This document shows positions 9,291 to 18,930 of a stretch of 64,000 bases of DNA, piece by piece. The position numbers and the translations under genes are program-made. Source of the stretch: Crocinitomicaceae bacterium. Its GTDB lineage: Bacteria > Bacteroidota > Bacteroidia > Flavobacteriales_D > Crocinitomicaceae. The notes beneath the pieces were generated by a model, which was not told the origin of the DNA, did not search any database, and was given only the letters and a program-made list of their open reading frames with translations. Positions within the stretch are counted from its first letter, which is position 1, and the number at the start of each line of letters is the position of its first letter. The DNA is taken from assembly GCA_030727405.1 (NCBI GenBank), contig JANRBR010000024.1, forward strand, positions 4,880 to 68,879, written 5' to 3'.

Positions 9291-10992
9291 TAGGAATCAA
9301 TTTCATTTTCATTTTAAGGTTCAGAATGCGTTCTTGGGCATGCTTCACCTTTCTCTCCACATCTGCCCTCAAAGCATCTGCACCTTTCGATTTTGCAAAG
9401 AAACCAAGGTTGTTTTCTAACTGCATGATTTCCTTATTCAATCCATCGATTTGCTTTCTGATCTCATTTTTTTCTATTTGCAAGAGTTTCAATCGATCAG
9501 GACTTCCTTGTAAATTATCCAATTTTGCTTTAAAAAGGATGCTTTCTTTTTCTTGTCCCTCCAATTTTAAGGCTGCGTATTTTTCATCGATTGCCTTTTT
9601 AAATTGTTGATAGACTGATTTTTTTTCTTTCATCGGGACTTGACCCAAGTCATTGAATGCTTGTTGGAAATTCCGCAATCCAGTAATCGCTTCTTGTTTG
9701 TTCGTTGGAACTTCCCATGCTTGTATTTGCGAAATAAGTTCGTTTTTAGCGGTCAAATTAGCCACATTTGCTTCATCTTGAACCTTAAAATGGGCTTCCT
9801 TCGCTTCAAAAAACACGTTGCAAGCACCACGAAATTCTGACCACAATTTATTCTCGAAACGGTGACCAGCATTTCCTGATTCTTTCCATCTTTTCTGCAA
9901 ATTGATTAATTTCTCTGAAGTATTTTTCCAGTCAGTTGAATCGCAAAGCGATTTAGCCTCCTCGATTAATTTGCGTTTTTTATCTGCAACATCCTTGAAC
10001 TTACTTTCGATGTCCTTCGAGAATTCCTTTTTGGCTTGGAAAAACACATCGCAATGCTTGCGAAATTCTTGATATACCAATTCGTTTTCCTTCCTCGAGC
10101 CAAAACCAATTTTCTTCCATGCTTCTTGTAGGGCAAGGACTTCCTTCGTTTTGTGATCCCAATCTTTCGCAGTGGAGACATGCTCTATTCCTTGAACAAG
10201 CAATGCTAATTTTTCGATCAATGCTTTTTTCGCATCAATGTTTTCTTTGAGTACTGCGCGCTGTTGCTCGTAATGCTCGTTGAATTTATCATAAACGGCA
10301 CGTACAGTCTCCCAATAAGCATTTTTTAATGATTCCCACTCTTCATTTTGAACCGGACCAATTTCTTCCCATTCATCCTGCAAGGAACGAAGGGTTGCTT
10401 CCGCTTCACGAACTGGCAAGTTTGCCGTTCTTAACTGCTTTAATTTAAAGATGATTGCTTCCTTTAATTGCTGATTGCGTTTGTAATCGTGTTCTTTTAA
10501 TTCTTTGTAAATTTTAATGTTGTAAAAGAAAATCTCAAGAAGTCGGGAATATTCTTTTTGAACGGCTTCGCGTTTGTCTCTCGGAATGTCTCCAACTTTT
10601 TTCCAGTTTTCATGTATTTCCTTGTAAGAATTGAAAGCGGTTCCGATTTTCTCTTCATTTTCAATCACATCTTTCAAGCGATCGATCAGTGCTTTTTTCT
10701 GTTTTAGATTTTCATTTTCTAAAGCAGATTTCAGTTCAACTTGTTTTTTTCTTTTCTCCTGGAAGGATTTATACGCTTCGAAAAAAGCTTCTTTTTCAGG
10801 GCGATAATCTACTTCCTCATAGCTTTCGCCTTTTTCAGAAGCTTCCAATCTTTTGACCTGTTCGACGCGCTCTGCCTCCATCATGAAATCTTCAAATTCC
10901 TGACGCAATTCGGAAGCATCTCTACCTAAACCGATTAAGTCTTCGGATTCAGCCAATAGGCGTATTTTATCTTGAAAATTAGTGTGTTCCAT
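9283..10992 (-). CDS. DUF349 domain-containing protein
   Basis: 569 aa, highly charged. Repeated modules of the type W-x-x-(I/V)G...E-x-(L/V)-(W/Y)-x-x-F (ENWKKVGDIP, DEWEEIGPVQNEEWESL, EAWKKIGFGSRKENELVYQEF, KRWKESGNAGHRFENKLWSEF). Confidence 0.8.
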   Translation of the reverse strand: MEHTNFQDKIRLLAESEDLIGLGRDASELRQEFEDFMMEAERVEQVKRLEASEKGESYEEVDYRPEKEAFFEAYKSFQEKRKKQVELKSALENENLKQKKALIDRLKDVIENEEKIGTAFNSYKEIHENWKKVGDIPRDKREAVQKEYSRLLEIFFYNIKIYKELKEHDYKRNQQLKEAIIFKLKQLRTANLPVREAEATLRSLQDEWEEIGPVQNEEWESLKNAYWETVRAVYDKFNEHYEQQRAVLKENIDAKKALIEKLALLVQGIEHVSTAKDWDHKTKEVLALQEAWKKIGFGSRKENELVYQEFRKHCDVFFQAKKEFSKDIESKFKDVADKKRKLIEEAKSLCDSTDWKNTSEKLINLQKRWKESGNAGHRFENKLWSEFRGACNVFFEAKEAHFKVQDEANVANLTAKNELISQIQAWEVPTNKQEAITGLRNFQQAFNDLGQVPMKEKKSVYQQFKKAIDEKYAALKLEGQEKESILFKAKLDNLQGSPDRLKLLQIEKNEIRKQIDGLNKEIMQLENNLGFFAKSKGADALRADVERKVKHAQERILNLKMKMKLIPNE

Positions 10993-11911
10993 TTAGGTTT
11001 AATTCAAAGTTAGACAAAGTAACGAACTCATTCATTCGTTTGTTCACGTCATCCATGGTAATTTCAGTAAGGCGTTGTGTACCAAATTTCTCTACGCAAA
11101 AAGATGCCAAGGCAGAACCTGCGATGATTGCTCGTTTCATGTTTTCAAAAGAATCGTCGTTTGTTGCAGCAAGGTAGCCCATAAATCCTCCGGCGAAGGT
11201 ATCCCCTGCTCCTGTTGGATCAAAAACTTCTTCGAGTGGTAATGCTGGTGCAAAAAAGACGTTTTCACCGTGAAACAACAATGCTCCGTGCTCCCCTTTT
11301 TTAATTATGAGGATTTTAGGTCCCATTGCACGAATGATTTTTGCCGCTCGCACCAATGAATATTCTTTGGATAACTGTCTCGCTTCCTCGTCATTAATGA
11401 TCAACACATCGACATGAGCCATGGTTTTCTTTAAATCATCAAGCGCAATATCCATCCAAAAATTCATGGTATCCATTGCGATTAATTTTGGTCGTTTCGC
11501 CATGCGGTTTATCACCGTAAGTTGAACCTCTGGACTTAAATTTCCAAGCATGAGGTATTCTGGATTTTGACATGACTCCGGAAGAATGGGATCAAACGTA
11601 CCCAGAACATTTAATTCCGTAACGAGGGTATCACGTGAATTCATGTCGTTGTGGTATTTACCAGACCAAAAGAAAGTTTTCTCTCCTTTTTTGATTTGTA
11701 TCCCTTCAACGTTGACTCCTTTTGACTTTAAATAAGCTAGTGTTTCGCTTGGGAAGTCTTCCCCTACAACGGAGATTAAACCTTGCTCCTTCGCGAAAAA
11801 AGAAGAGGCCAAGGAAATAAATGTTCCGGCTCCTCCAACGATTTTATCCGTTTTTCCAAACGGTGTTTCAATAGCATCAAATGCAACGCTTCCTACAGTA
11901 ACTAACTTCAT
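10979..11911 (-). CDS. PfkB-family carbohydrate kinase
   Basis: 310 aa. C-terminal DPTGAGDTFAGGF anion-hole/ATP motif and N-terminal GGAG motif of the ribokinase superfamily. Confidence 0.85.
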   Translation of the reverse strand: MKLVTVGSVAFDAIETPFGKTDKIVGGAGTFISLASSFFAKEQGLISVVGEDFPSETLAYLKSKGVNVEGIQIKKGEKTFFWSGKYHNDMNSRDTLVTELNVLGTFDPILPESCQNPEYLMLGNLSPEVQLTVINRMAKRPKLIAMDTMNFWMDIALDDLKKTMAHVDVLIINDEEARQLSKEYSLVRAAKIIRAMGPKILIIKKGEHGALLFHGENVFFAPALPLEEVFDPTGAGDTFAGGFMGYLAATNDDSFENMKRAIIAGSALASFCVEKFGTQRLTEITMDDVNKRMNEFVTLSNFELNLNGTH

Positions 11912-11928
11912 ACAATAAAATTGGACTG

Positions 11929-11936
11929 CAAAGATA
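11929..11936 (-). promoter_or_regulatory. -7 box TATCTTTG upstream of the PfkB-DUF349 chain
   Basis: Exact TAnnTTTG, 17 nt before ATG 11911. Confidence 0.55.
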
Positions 11937-11962
11937 TGGAATTTCAGAGAGTGGCTCTACAA

Positions 11963-12844
11963 CTATTTTGATTTCTGCATACCCCTCGGGTGCGCTTGAG
12001 CATAAACAGCAGTGAGTTGCGCGAAAGAGTTGTGTGTATATACCTGTGTTGCCGACAAATTCGCATGTCCCAACAAGTCTTTTAAGGTTTCAAGTCCCGT
12101 TCCTCGATTGAGTAAATGGGTGGCGAAGGTGTGTCGCAAAACGTGTGGACTTTTCTTATCTGCGGTAGTTAATGAGCCTAGAATCGCATTTATTTTACGG
12201 TATACAAACGCAGGGTAGAGATCCTTGCCATTTTCTCGCGTGAAAAGCTTTGGAGATTCAATGTGTAATTTGCGCTTTAGGTCTTGAAACAACCGTATGG
12301 ACTGCGCTAATTCTTTAGAAACAGGTATTAGGCGCTCTTTGTTTCGTTTTCCGAGCACTTTGATGTGTTGCTCGTTAATATCTATGTCTTTTAGTCCAAT
12401 AAGCTCGCTGAGACGAATTCCTGTTTGATAAAACAATTCAAAAATCAACTCGTCTCGAATACCACAAAAATCCGATGAAAAAAGGCTACTTGTTTTGGAG
12501 AGGTCTAATTCAGATTCTTTGATGAAAACAGGTAAGCGTTTTTCGTTTCTTGGGCCTTGAATTTTAGCCATCGGGTTAACTTGGATGATTCCTTCTTTTC
12601 GTAACCAACGAAAATACGTTCTAAGGGATGCCAATTTACGGTTGACACTGCGGTTACTGATTCGGTCATCGATTAATTGAACAATCCAACCTCGAACAAG
12701 AAAAGAATTTACTTCTTGAAAGTCCTGAATGGTTTTAATGTCAGCAAAGGAAATAAATTGATTTAAATCATGCTCATATGCTCCAATGGTATGTGGGGAA
12801 TATCTTTTTTCGAAAGAAAGGTATTGGATGAAAAGTTCAAGCAT
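11963..12844 (-). CDS. tyrosine recombinase, XerC/XerD family
   Basis: Catalytic blocks GIRLSEL, HVLRHTFATHLL and GHANLSATQVYTH. Start moved to ATG 12844 (MLELFIQYLSFEKRYS) because the longer track ORF runs through the rpsU terminator hairpin. Confidence 0.85.
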   Translation of the reverse strand: MLELFIQYLSFEKRYSPHTIGAYEHDLNQFISFADIKTIQDFQEVNSFLVRGWIVQLIDDRISNRSVNRKLASLRTYFRWLRKEGIIQVNPMAKIQGPRNEKRLPVFIKESELDLSKTSSLFSSDFCGIRDELIFELFYQTGIRLSELIGLKDIDINEQHIKVLGKRNKERLIPVSKELAQSIRLFQDLKRKLHIESPKLFTRENGKDLYPAFVYRKINAILGSLTTADKKSPHVLRHTFATHLLNRGTGLETLKDLLGHANLSATQVYTHNSFAQLTAVYAQAHPRGMQKSK

Positions 12845-12871
12845 AAAAAAAGGAGCTAAAAGCTCCTTTTT
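12845..12871 (-). terminator. rho-independent terminator after rpsU
   Basis: Stem GGAGCT/AGCTCC (12852-57 / 12861-66) with a 3-nt loop, extended by A/T pairs. On the minus strand it is followed by a T-run that leads directly into the xerC-like ATG at 12844. Confidence 0.7.
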
Positions 12872-12892
12872 AACGAATATTTTGAACAAAGG

Positions 12893-13084
12893 TTACAGCT
12901 CTGCTGACTGCATTCTTTGTTTGTAAGCAGCGCGGATGATTTCCTGGCGACGAGACACAGATGGTTTAATAAACTCTTTGCGTCCACGCAATTGCTTCAT
13001 CACATTTGTTTTCTCGTACTTTTTCTTGTACTTCTTCAATGCTCTTTCGATGTTTTCGCCTTCTTTAATTGGAATGATCAACAT
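12893..13084 (-). CDS. rpsU: 30S ribosomal protein S21
   Basis: 63 aa. MLIIPIKEGENIERALKKYKKKYEKT...RRQEIIRAAYKQ is a typical bS21 sequence. Confidence 0.93.
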   Translation of the reverse strand: MLIIPIKEGENIERALKKYKKKYEKTNVMKQLRGRKEFIKPSVSRRQEIIRAAYKQRMQSAEL

Positions 13085-13115
13085 ATGCTATAATTTACAT
13101 TTAAACTTAGGGTGG

Positions 13116-13123
13116 CAAAGATA
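13116..13123 (-). promoter_or_regulatory. -7 box TATCTTTG upstream of rpsU
   Basis: Exact TAnnTTTG, 31 nt before the ATG. A TTTG lies 19 nt further upstream, in the -33 position. Confidence 0.6.
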
Positions 13124-13149
13124 TGACTTTAATCCTAATTCACAAAAAT

Positions 13150-14289
13150 TTATTTTAATATTTCTCTAGAAATAACTAATTTTTGTATTTCAGAGGTCCC
13201 TTCACCGATGGTCATGAGTTTCGCGTCGCGAAGAAACTTTTCAGCTGGGTACTCTTTTGTGTATCCGTAACCGCCCATGATTTGAACAGCTTCATTCCCG
13301 CATTTCACCGAAACTTCAGAAGCAAAATACTTTGCAAACGCCCCCTCTTTCGTCATGACAAGTTTATTGTTTTTTCGATACGCCGCTTGAAAAGTTAATA
13401 ATTCCGCCGCCTCTACTTGGGTTTTCATGTCCGCTAATTTAAACGCAATGGCCTGAAATTGCGCGATTGGATGACCAAATTGCTCCCTTTCTTTCGCGTA
13501 TTTCACAGAAGATTCATAGGCGCCGCGTGCAATTCCACAGCTAAGTGAGGCAATCGAAACGCGTCCGCCATCAAGGATTTGCATGGCTTGTTTAAAGCCA
13601 TCTCCAATGTTCCCAATCACATTTTCTTGTGGCACACGAACATGATCGAAGATCAGCTCAGCCGTTTCACTTGCTCGAACACCTAATTTATCTTTGATTT
13701 TTACAGCCGAAAATCCAGGCATTCCTTTTTCGATGATAAATGCTGTAATTCCATTTGAATCCAATAAATCTCCGGTTCGAACTAAAATCACTGCAATATC
13801 GCCACTTAATCCGTGAGTAATCCAATTCTTCGCTCCATTGATAATCCAATCGTTGCCGTCTTTCACCGCTGTTGTTTGCATGCGCATGGCATCCGATCCT
13901 GTATTGGCCTCTGTGAGTCCCCATGCACCGATAAATTCACCAGAAGCTAGTTTTGGTAAATACTTTCTTTTTTGCTCTTCACTGCCATGGTAATAGATGT
14001 GTCCTGTGCAAAGCGAGTTATGTGCCGCAACGCTTAGTCCTATTCCACCGCAAACTTTACCGAGCTCCATTAGTGCTGTAGCATATTCAAAATAAGAAAA
14101 TCCAGATCCACCGTATTCTTCAGGTATAAAAATACCCAAGAGACCGAGCTCTCCCATTTTTTTCATTGTTTCCACTGGAAAATGCTCGTCCGCATCCCAT
14201 TGCTTGTAAAAGGGTTTGATTTCCTTTTCCGCAAAATCACGCACCATTTGGGCGATCATTGCTTGGTTTTCATTAAGAGAGAAATTCAT
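13150..14289 (-). CDS. acyl-CoA dehydrogenase
   Basis: 379 aa. GAWGLTEANTGSDA and QIMGGYGYTKEYPAEKFLRDAKLMTIGEGTSEIQ are ACAD signatures. Confidence 0.92.
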   Translation of the reverse strand: MNFSLNENQAMIAQMVRDFAEKEIKPFYKQWDADEHFPVETMKKMGELGLLGIFIPEEYGGSGFSYFEYATALMELGKVCGGIGLSVAAHNSLCTGHIYYHGSEEQKRKYLPKLASGEFIGAWGLTEANTGSDAMRMQTTAVKDGNDWIINGAKNWITHGLSGDIAVILVRTGDLLDSNGITAFIIEKGMPGFSAVKIKDKLGVRASETAELIFDHVRVPQENVIGNIGDGFKQAMQILDGGRVSIASLSCGIARGAYESSVKYAKEREQFGHPIAQFQAIAFKLADMKTQVEAAELLTFQAAYRKNNKLVMTKEGAFAKYFASEVSVKCGNEAVQIMGGYGYTKEYPAEKFLRDAKLMTIGEGTSEIQKLVISREILK

Positions 14290-14318
14290 GTTGTTGATTG
14301 ATGTTGTTGATTGATGTT
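14290..14318. repeat. 13-nt tandem direct repeat (2.2 copies) in the apt / acyl-CoA dehydrogenase spacer
   Basis: GTTGTTGATTGAT GTTGTTGATTGAT GTT on the plus strand. It fills almost the whole 32-nt spacer. Confidence 0.9.
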
Positions 14319-14321
14319 AAT

Positions 14322-14852
14322 TTAATACGATATTAATCCGTTTATGTTCGTTGAATATGGAGTTAATTTATGTTGCCCGGATAAAAAGCTAAGTTCTACG
14401 AGAAAGCTAAATCCAGCTACCTCTGCCCCACTTTTTTGAATTAATTCGGCTGCCGCTGCCGCTGATCCACCCGTAGCCAACAAATCATCGTGAATGAGTA
14501 CCCGTTGATTCTTCTGTACTGCGTCACTGTGCATTTCTATCACTGCGCTACCATACTCCAAGTCATACGCATGTTTGATTTTCTCATAAGGAAGTTTGCC
14601 TTCCTTGCGAATTAAAATGAAGGGTACACCTAGTTGAATGGCCAAAGGAAATCCAAATAAAAACCCTCTACTTTCTATCCCTGCAACAGCTTCAATGCCT
14701 TTATCTTTGTACATCTCCACCAAATGATTCAATACATCTGCGGATAACTCAGCATCTAACATGATGGTGGAAATATCTTTAAATAGAATGCCGGGTTTAG
14801 GGAAATCCGCGACATCACGAATGCTCGATTTTAATCTTTCTTGAATGTTCAT
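14322..14852 (-). CDS. apt: adenine phosphoribosyltransferase
   Basis: 176 aa. FPKPGILFKDIS, IESRGFLFG and the PRPP motif VLIHDDLLATGGSA. Confidence 0.93.
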   Translation of the reverse strand: MNIQERLKSSIRDVADFPKPGILFKDISTIMLDAELSADVLNHLVEMYKDKGIEAVAGIESRGFLFGFPLAIQLGVPFILIRKEGKLPYEKIKHAYDLEYGSAVIEMHSDAVQKNQRVLIHDDLLATGGSAAAAAELIQKSGAEVAGFSFLVELSFLSGQHKLTPYSTNINGLISY

Positions 14853-14854
14853 AC

Positions 14855-15742
14855 CTACAAAGATAGGTAAGGTCTGACTTTTTCGAATGTTTCTTCGTCA
14901 ATTATTACCGATTCTTTTATTTCTGGTATGGAGTGAAAGCGGCCTTTTTGTGTGCGCATTTTTACGATTGAATTTGCTTGGTTCCAGTTAAGATAAGGAT
15001 GAGCTTGTAGTTCTTCCGCACTTGCTGTGTTGATGGATATTTTTCGAAGATTGCCTGGTTCACATTGAATAAATGCTTGAATTTGCGCATAGATTTCTGG
15101 TGTCATTTTCCAAACCTCAAGTATTTGTTCCTTTCTAACGAAGCCCCCTAGGCTTTGTTGATACTTCATGATTTGCCGCGCATAAAATGGACCCAAGCCT
15201 TTGATTTCCATTAATTCTTGTTCGCTTGTTTGATTGATGTTTAGCTTTTGATTTGAAGGCTCAAATTCAGGTTTTTTACTGAGCTCTTTTGAATGCTCTT
15301 TGACATCGTATTTCGTGAAATCCTTGATGTTTTCAAATACCTTTTCTGGGATGAACTTGATTTTTTGAAGTTCCTCATTCGAATCGATTCCTCGTTTAGC
15401 AATTTTTAAGACCACGGATGCTTGCTTTTCACTCAATCCAAATGACATCCATTCTTCTTTACTAAGTAAATTGGGGTCAAATTTTTCCGTGGGTTTCCTT
15501 AACTTTTTTTGCTTTGACGACCATTTCCGGTAAGGATTTTTTCTTCGATTCCATCGATGGGTTTCGTTTCTCCAATGTTGATTTTTTGAAATGGGCGTAA
15601 TGTGCAACTCTGTTGAAAATTCTTCTGAATGGAGAGACATCAACAGCCGAGGCGTGAAAATGATGAGAATAGAAGTCAAAATTAAAACCAATATCCCTCG
15701 TTGGTGACGTCTGGATACATCAAATGGATTACCTTGAAACAT
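14855..15742 (-). CDS. ComEA-like helix-hairpin-helix DNA-binding protein with N-terminal TM anchor
   Basis: 295 aa. TM segment ILVLILTSILIIF, a basic linker and two HhH modules (ELMEIKGLGPFYARQI; INTASAEELQAHPYLNWNQANSIV). Confidence 0.7.
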   Translation of the reverse strand: MFQGNPFDVSRRHQRGILVLILTSILIIFTPRLLMSLHSEEFSTELHITPISKNQHWRNETHRWNRRKNPYRKWSSKQKKLRKPTEKFDPNLLSKEEWMSFGLSEKQASVVLKIAKRGIDSNEELQKIKFIPEKVFENIKDFTKYDVKEHSKELSKKPEFEPSNQKLNINQTSEQELMEIKGLGPFYARQIMKYQQSLGGFVRKEQILEVWKMTPEIYAQIQAFIQCEPGNLRKISINTASAEELQAHPYLNWNQANSIVKMRTQKGRFHSIPEIKESVIIDEETFEKVRPYLSL

Positions 15743-15827
15743 GCGCGTTCAAAATTTAGATTGGACAAAATGTTCAAGTAATTTTCCTTCGAAAAGCTAA
15801 CGTAGAAAACTTAAAAAAAGTATAGGA

Positions 15828-17261
15828 TTAATGTTTTCTATTGGCAACAAAATAGACAGGTATTCCCAACAAGACAATAATTAGTCCCATTCCTGCATTT
15901 CGAAAATCATACACCAATAAATCGACACAAATCGCGAGCGTAACAAGGATGTAAAGCGCCGGAATTACGGGATAACCAAATGCCTTGTATGGCCTTTCTG
16001 TGTTTGGTTCCTTTTTTCTCAATATAAAAATTCCAAAAATGGTTAAGATATAAAAGATTAAACTGGCAAAAGTACTATACACTAAGAGGTCTCCGTATTT
16101 CCCAGATAGACACAAGAGACTTGCCCAAATGCCTTGAATCCACATGGCTACACTTGGCACATTGAACCGGTTTAAGTTTTTCGCTTGTTTAAAAAACAAT
16201 CCATCTGTGGACATAGCATAAAATAAGCGAGATCCAGCCAAAATCAATCCGTTGTTGCAACCAAAAGTGGAGATCATAATTAAAGCCGCCATGAACATGA
16301 TCCCGATTCCTCCAAAAATAACGGAAGCCGCTCCAGCTCCTACCCGGTCATTGCTTGCAAACATAATTCCTTGTCCGATGGCATCGGTTGCATCTGGTGA
16401 ACCTCCTTTTGGCAATAACGCTAGATAAGCCAGGTTAGCAAGAATATAGATGACCGTTACGATGGTCGTACCGTAAAATAAACTTTTAGGAATGTTCTTC
16501 TTTGGGTCTTTAATTTCTCCCGCAATAAACGTAACATTGTTCCATGCATCCGAAGAAAAAAGTGAATTGATGATGGTTGCGCCCAAGGCACCCATTAAGG
16601 CGAAACCTGTCAGTGGAATGATTTCAAGTTGACCACTGGGCAATTCAACGGTTTTGTAAGCGTCCCACATGTGTTCGAAATTTTGCGCAAATACATCCGT
16701 TTTTAATCCTATCGCTAATCCCAACACAATCAACGCAAATAAAGCAAACAGTTTTGCGGAGGTAAAAACGAGTTGTAGAATTTTACCGTTTTGAACACCC
16801 CGAGAATTCAGTATAGTCAACACCATTATGCTCGCAATAGCAAGGATCTGGCCATAAGAAATGGTTAAATAAGTGGTTTTAATTAAAACTCCGTTTAACT
16901 CAGGAAAAAAGACCCCGGCATATTTTGCAAATGCCACTGCAACTGCGGCAATGACACCTGTTTGAATGACGGTAAAAACAGTCCAGCCGTACAAGAATGA
17001 CATCATTTTCCCATATGCTCTTTGAATGTAAACGTATTGTCCACCTGCATTTGGCATCATTCCAGCCAATTCTCCGTAACTGAGGGCGGCGAAAATGGTA
17101 ATTAATCCAGTTAGCACCCACAAAACAATCATCCACCCGCTTGAGCCAATATCGCGCATCATTGGAGCGGTAACAATGAAAATACCTGATCCAATCATCG
17201 ATCCAGCCACAAGTAAGGTAGCGTCTAATAAACCTAATGACTGTTTTAATTTTGATTCCAT
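15828..17261 (-). CDS. amino acid permease (APC superfamily)
   Basis: About 12 TM segments; N-terminal LGLLDATLLVAGSMIGSGIF motif. Start set to ATG 17261 (MESKLKQ) because the 5' extension in the track overlaps a 13-bp terminator hairpin. Confidence 0.88.
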   Translation of the reverse strand: MESKLKQSLGLLDATLLVAGSMIGSGIFIVTAPMMRDIGSSGWMIVLWVLTGLITIFAALSYGELAGMMPNAGGQYVYIQRAYGKMMSFLYGWTVFTVIQTGVIAAVAVAFAKYAGVFFPELNGVLIKTTYLTISYGQILAIASIMVLTILNSRGVQNGKILQLVFTSAKLFALFALIVLGLAIGLKTDVFAQNFEHMWDAYKTVELPSGQLEIIPLTGFALMGALGATIINSLFSSDAWNNVTFIAGEIKDPKKNIPKSLFYGTTIVTVIYILANLAYLALLPKGGSPDATDAIGQGIMFASNDRVGAGAASVIFGGIGIMFMAALIMISTFGCNNGLILAGSRLFYAMSTDGLFFKQAKNLNRFNVPSVAMWIQGIWASLLCLSGKYGDLLVYSTFASLIFYILTIFGIFILRKKEPNTERPYKAFGYPVIPALYILVTLAICVDLLVYDFRNAGMGLIIVLLGIPVYFVANRKH

Positions 17262-17285
17262 GTCTGCCTTTTTTTGGTTAAAACA

Positions 17286-17315
17286 AAACTGTCTCCTCGA
17301 TGGAGGAGACAGTTT
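17286..17315 (-). terminator. rho-independent terminator between the two APC permease genes
   Basis: Perfect 13-bp stem AAACTGTCTCCTC / GAGGAGACAGTTT with a 4-nt loop. The minus strand continues TGTTTT. It lies 20 nt after the stop of the 17335 gene. Confidence 0.8.
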
Positions 17316-17334
17316 CAATCAAATTATCAAAAAT

Positions 17335-18903
17335 TTAATCCTTTTTCGGATGTAAATGAGAATTTCTTCGGCTGTAGGTGAAATAAATGATCAATCCTAG
17401 GCCCATCCATAAAGCTGCTGCTTGTAGGGTTGCAATATCTAATGATACAATCATTGCTGTACAAACCAATATCCCTAGAATAGGAACGAGTGGCACCAAT
17501 GGTGTTTTAAATGGCCTCTTTAATTCAGGATTGCTTTTTCGCATGATCAAAATTCCTAAACTTACAAGGATAAAAGCGAATAAGGTACCAAAGGATGTCA
17601 AATCTCCAGCAACACTTCCTGGTACAAACGCTGCAAAGGCACCAACAAAAATAAAGAGCATCCAATTGGCAATGTATGGTGTTTGGAATTTAGGGTGAAG
17701 TTTGCCAAAAGCAGCCGGAATTAATCCGTCTTGACTCATGGAGAAAAACACACGGCTTTGTCCCATCAACATCACTAATATAACGGATGAAAACCCTGCA
17801 AGAATGGCTAAGGTTACACCTGTACCCAACCATTCGTAACCAGCCATATAAGTTTTAATCGCATAGGACACAGAGGCCTCTTTACCTGCAGTCGCAAATT
17901 CACTCCAATTTGCTACACCTGTTAAAACATGTCCAAACAATATGTATAACACAGTACAGATGGCCAATGATCCCAAAATTCCAATGGGCATATCTCGTTT
18001 CGGGTTTTTCGCTTCTTGAGCAGTTGTACTTACGGCGTCAAATCCAATGAAGGCAAAGAAAACAATTCCAGCACCACCTAGAACGCCTCCCCAACCCCAT
18101 TTGAAGAATCCTTCGTGGCCAAATGTACCTTCAGGGATTAAATAAGGTGTGTGGTTCTCTGGTTTGATGAATTGCCATCCAATCACAATAAATACTAAGA
18201 CAATCGCAACTTTGATGAAGACGATGATGGAATTAACAAGTGCTGATTCTTTTGTTCCCTTAATTAAGAGCAAGGTTAGTGCAAGAAGGATAATTAATGC
18301 GGGTGCATTGATGTAGCCGGAAGTTATCATCACTTTCGAAGCAATTTCAGCAGGAAGATTCTCATACTGAGCCGCACTTAAAATTCCTTTTTCAATTCCT
18401 TCCCAATGTCCAGGTAATGCTTGTATCTGAGCAACCATTCCTTGGGATACCTTGTACATGCTTTCAAAAGGTGAATGGCACCATTCATATGGAATGGCAT
18501 TTCCGAGTAAGTTGTTGAGGTATTCACTCCAAGCAATGGAAACGGTAGCGGCACCTAAGGCATACTCCATGATTAAGGACCAGCCAATGATCCACGCCAC
18601 TAATTCACCCATGGTCACAAACGAGTAAGCATAGGCACTTCCTGAAATCGGAATCATCGATGCGAATTCCGCATAACAAAGTCCTGCTAAGGCACAACCA
18701 ATGGCTGCAATAACAAAAGAAATGGTCACTCCTGATCCAGCTGCTTCCGATGCTGCTGCAGCGGTACGCACAAACAAACCGGCCCCAATAATTGCTCCAA
18801 TTCCTAAGGCAATTAGACTTCCCGCACCTAAGGTGCGTTTCATCTGGCTATTTTCGGCCTGAGCCAATAAATCTACTAGTGATTTTTTTCTCCAAAGTGA
18901 CAT
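17335..18903 (-). CDS. amino acid permease (APC superfamily, cationic amino acid transporter-like)
   Basis: 522 aa. LGAGSLIALGIGAIIGAGLF motif and about 13-14 TM segments. Confidence 0.88.
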   Translation of the reverse strand: MSLWRKKSLVDLLAQAENSQMKRTLGAGSLIALGIGAIIGAGLFVRTAAAASEAAGSGVTISFVIAAIGCALAGLCYAEFASMIPISGSAYAYSFVTMGELVAWIIGWSLIMEYALGAATVSIAWSEYLNNLLGNAIPYEWCHSPFESMYKVSQGMVAQIQALPGHWEGIEKGILSAAQYENLPAEIASKVMITSGYINAPALIILLALTLLLIKGTKESALVNSIIVFIKVAIVLVFIVIGWQFIKPENHTPYLIPEGTFGHEGFFKWGWGGVLGGAGIVFFAFIGFDAVSTTAQEAKNPKRDMPIGILGSLAICTVLYILFGHVLTGVANWSEFATAGKEASVSYAIKTYMAGYEWLGTGVTLAILAGFSSVILVMLMGQSRVFFSMSQDGLIPAAFGKLHPKFQTPYIANWMLFIFVGAFAAFVPGSVAGDLTSFGTLFAFILVSLGILIMRKSNPELKRPFKTPLVPLVPILGILVCTAMIVSLDIATLQAAALWMGLGLIIYFTYSRRNSHLHPKKD

Positions 18904-18922
18904 AGCATAAATTTAGTGAAAA

Positions 18923-18930
18923 CAAATATA
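18923..18930 (-). promoter_or_regulatory. -7 box TATATTTG upstream of the first APC permease gene
   Basis: Exact TAnnTTTG, 19 nt before ATG 18903. Overlapped by a 7-3-7 palindrome. Confidence 0.55.

Noticed and set aside
11963-12844. Tyrosine recombinase as a marker of an integrative or mobile element, or of an invertible promoter
   Set aside because: It sits directly after rpsU and its terminator, an arrangement I recall as common for the chromosomal Xer-type recombinase in Bacteroidota. No flanking direct or inverted repeats, cargo genes, tRNA target or compositional shift are visible. I found no convincing inverted repeats bracketing the neighbouring PfkB promoter.
17262-17318. N-terminal extension of the second permease ORF (track start 17318)
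   Set aside because: The extension is encoded by the perfect 13-bp terminator hairpin of the upstream gene. The ATG at 17261 gives a normal permease N-terminus.
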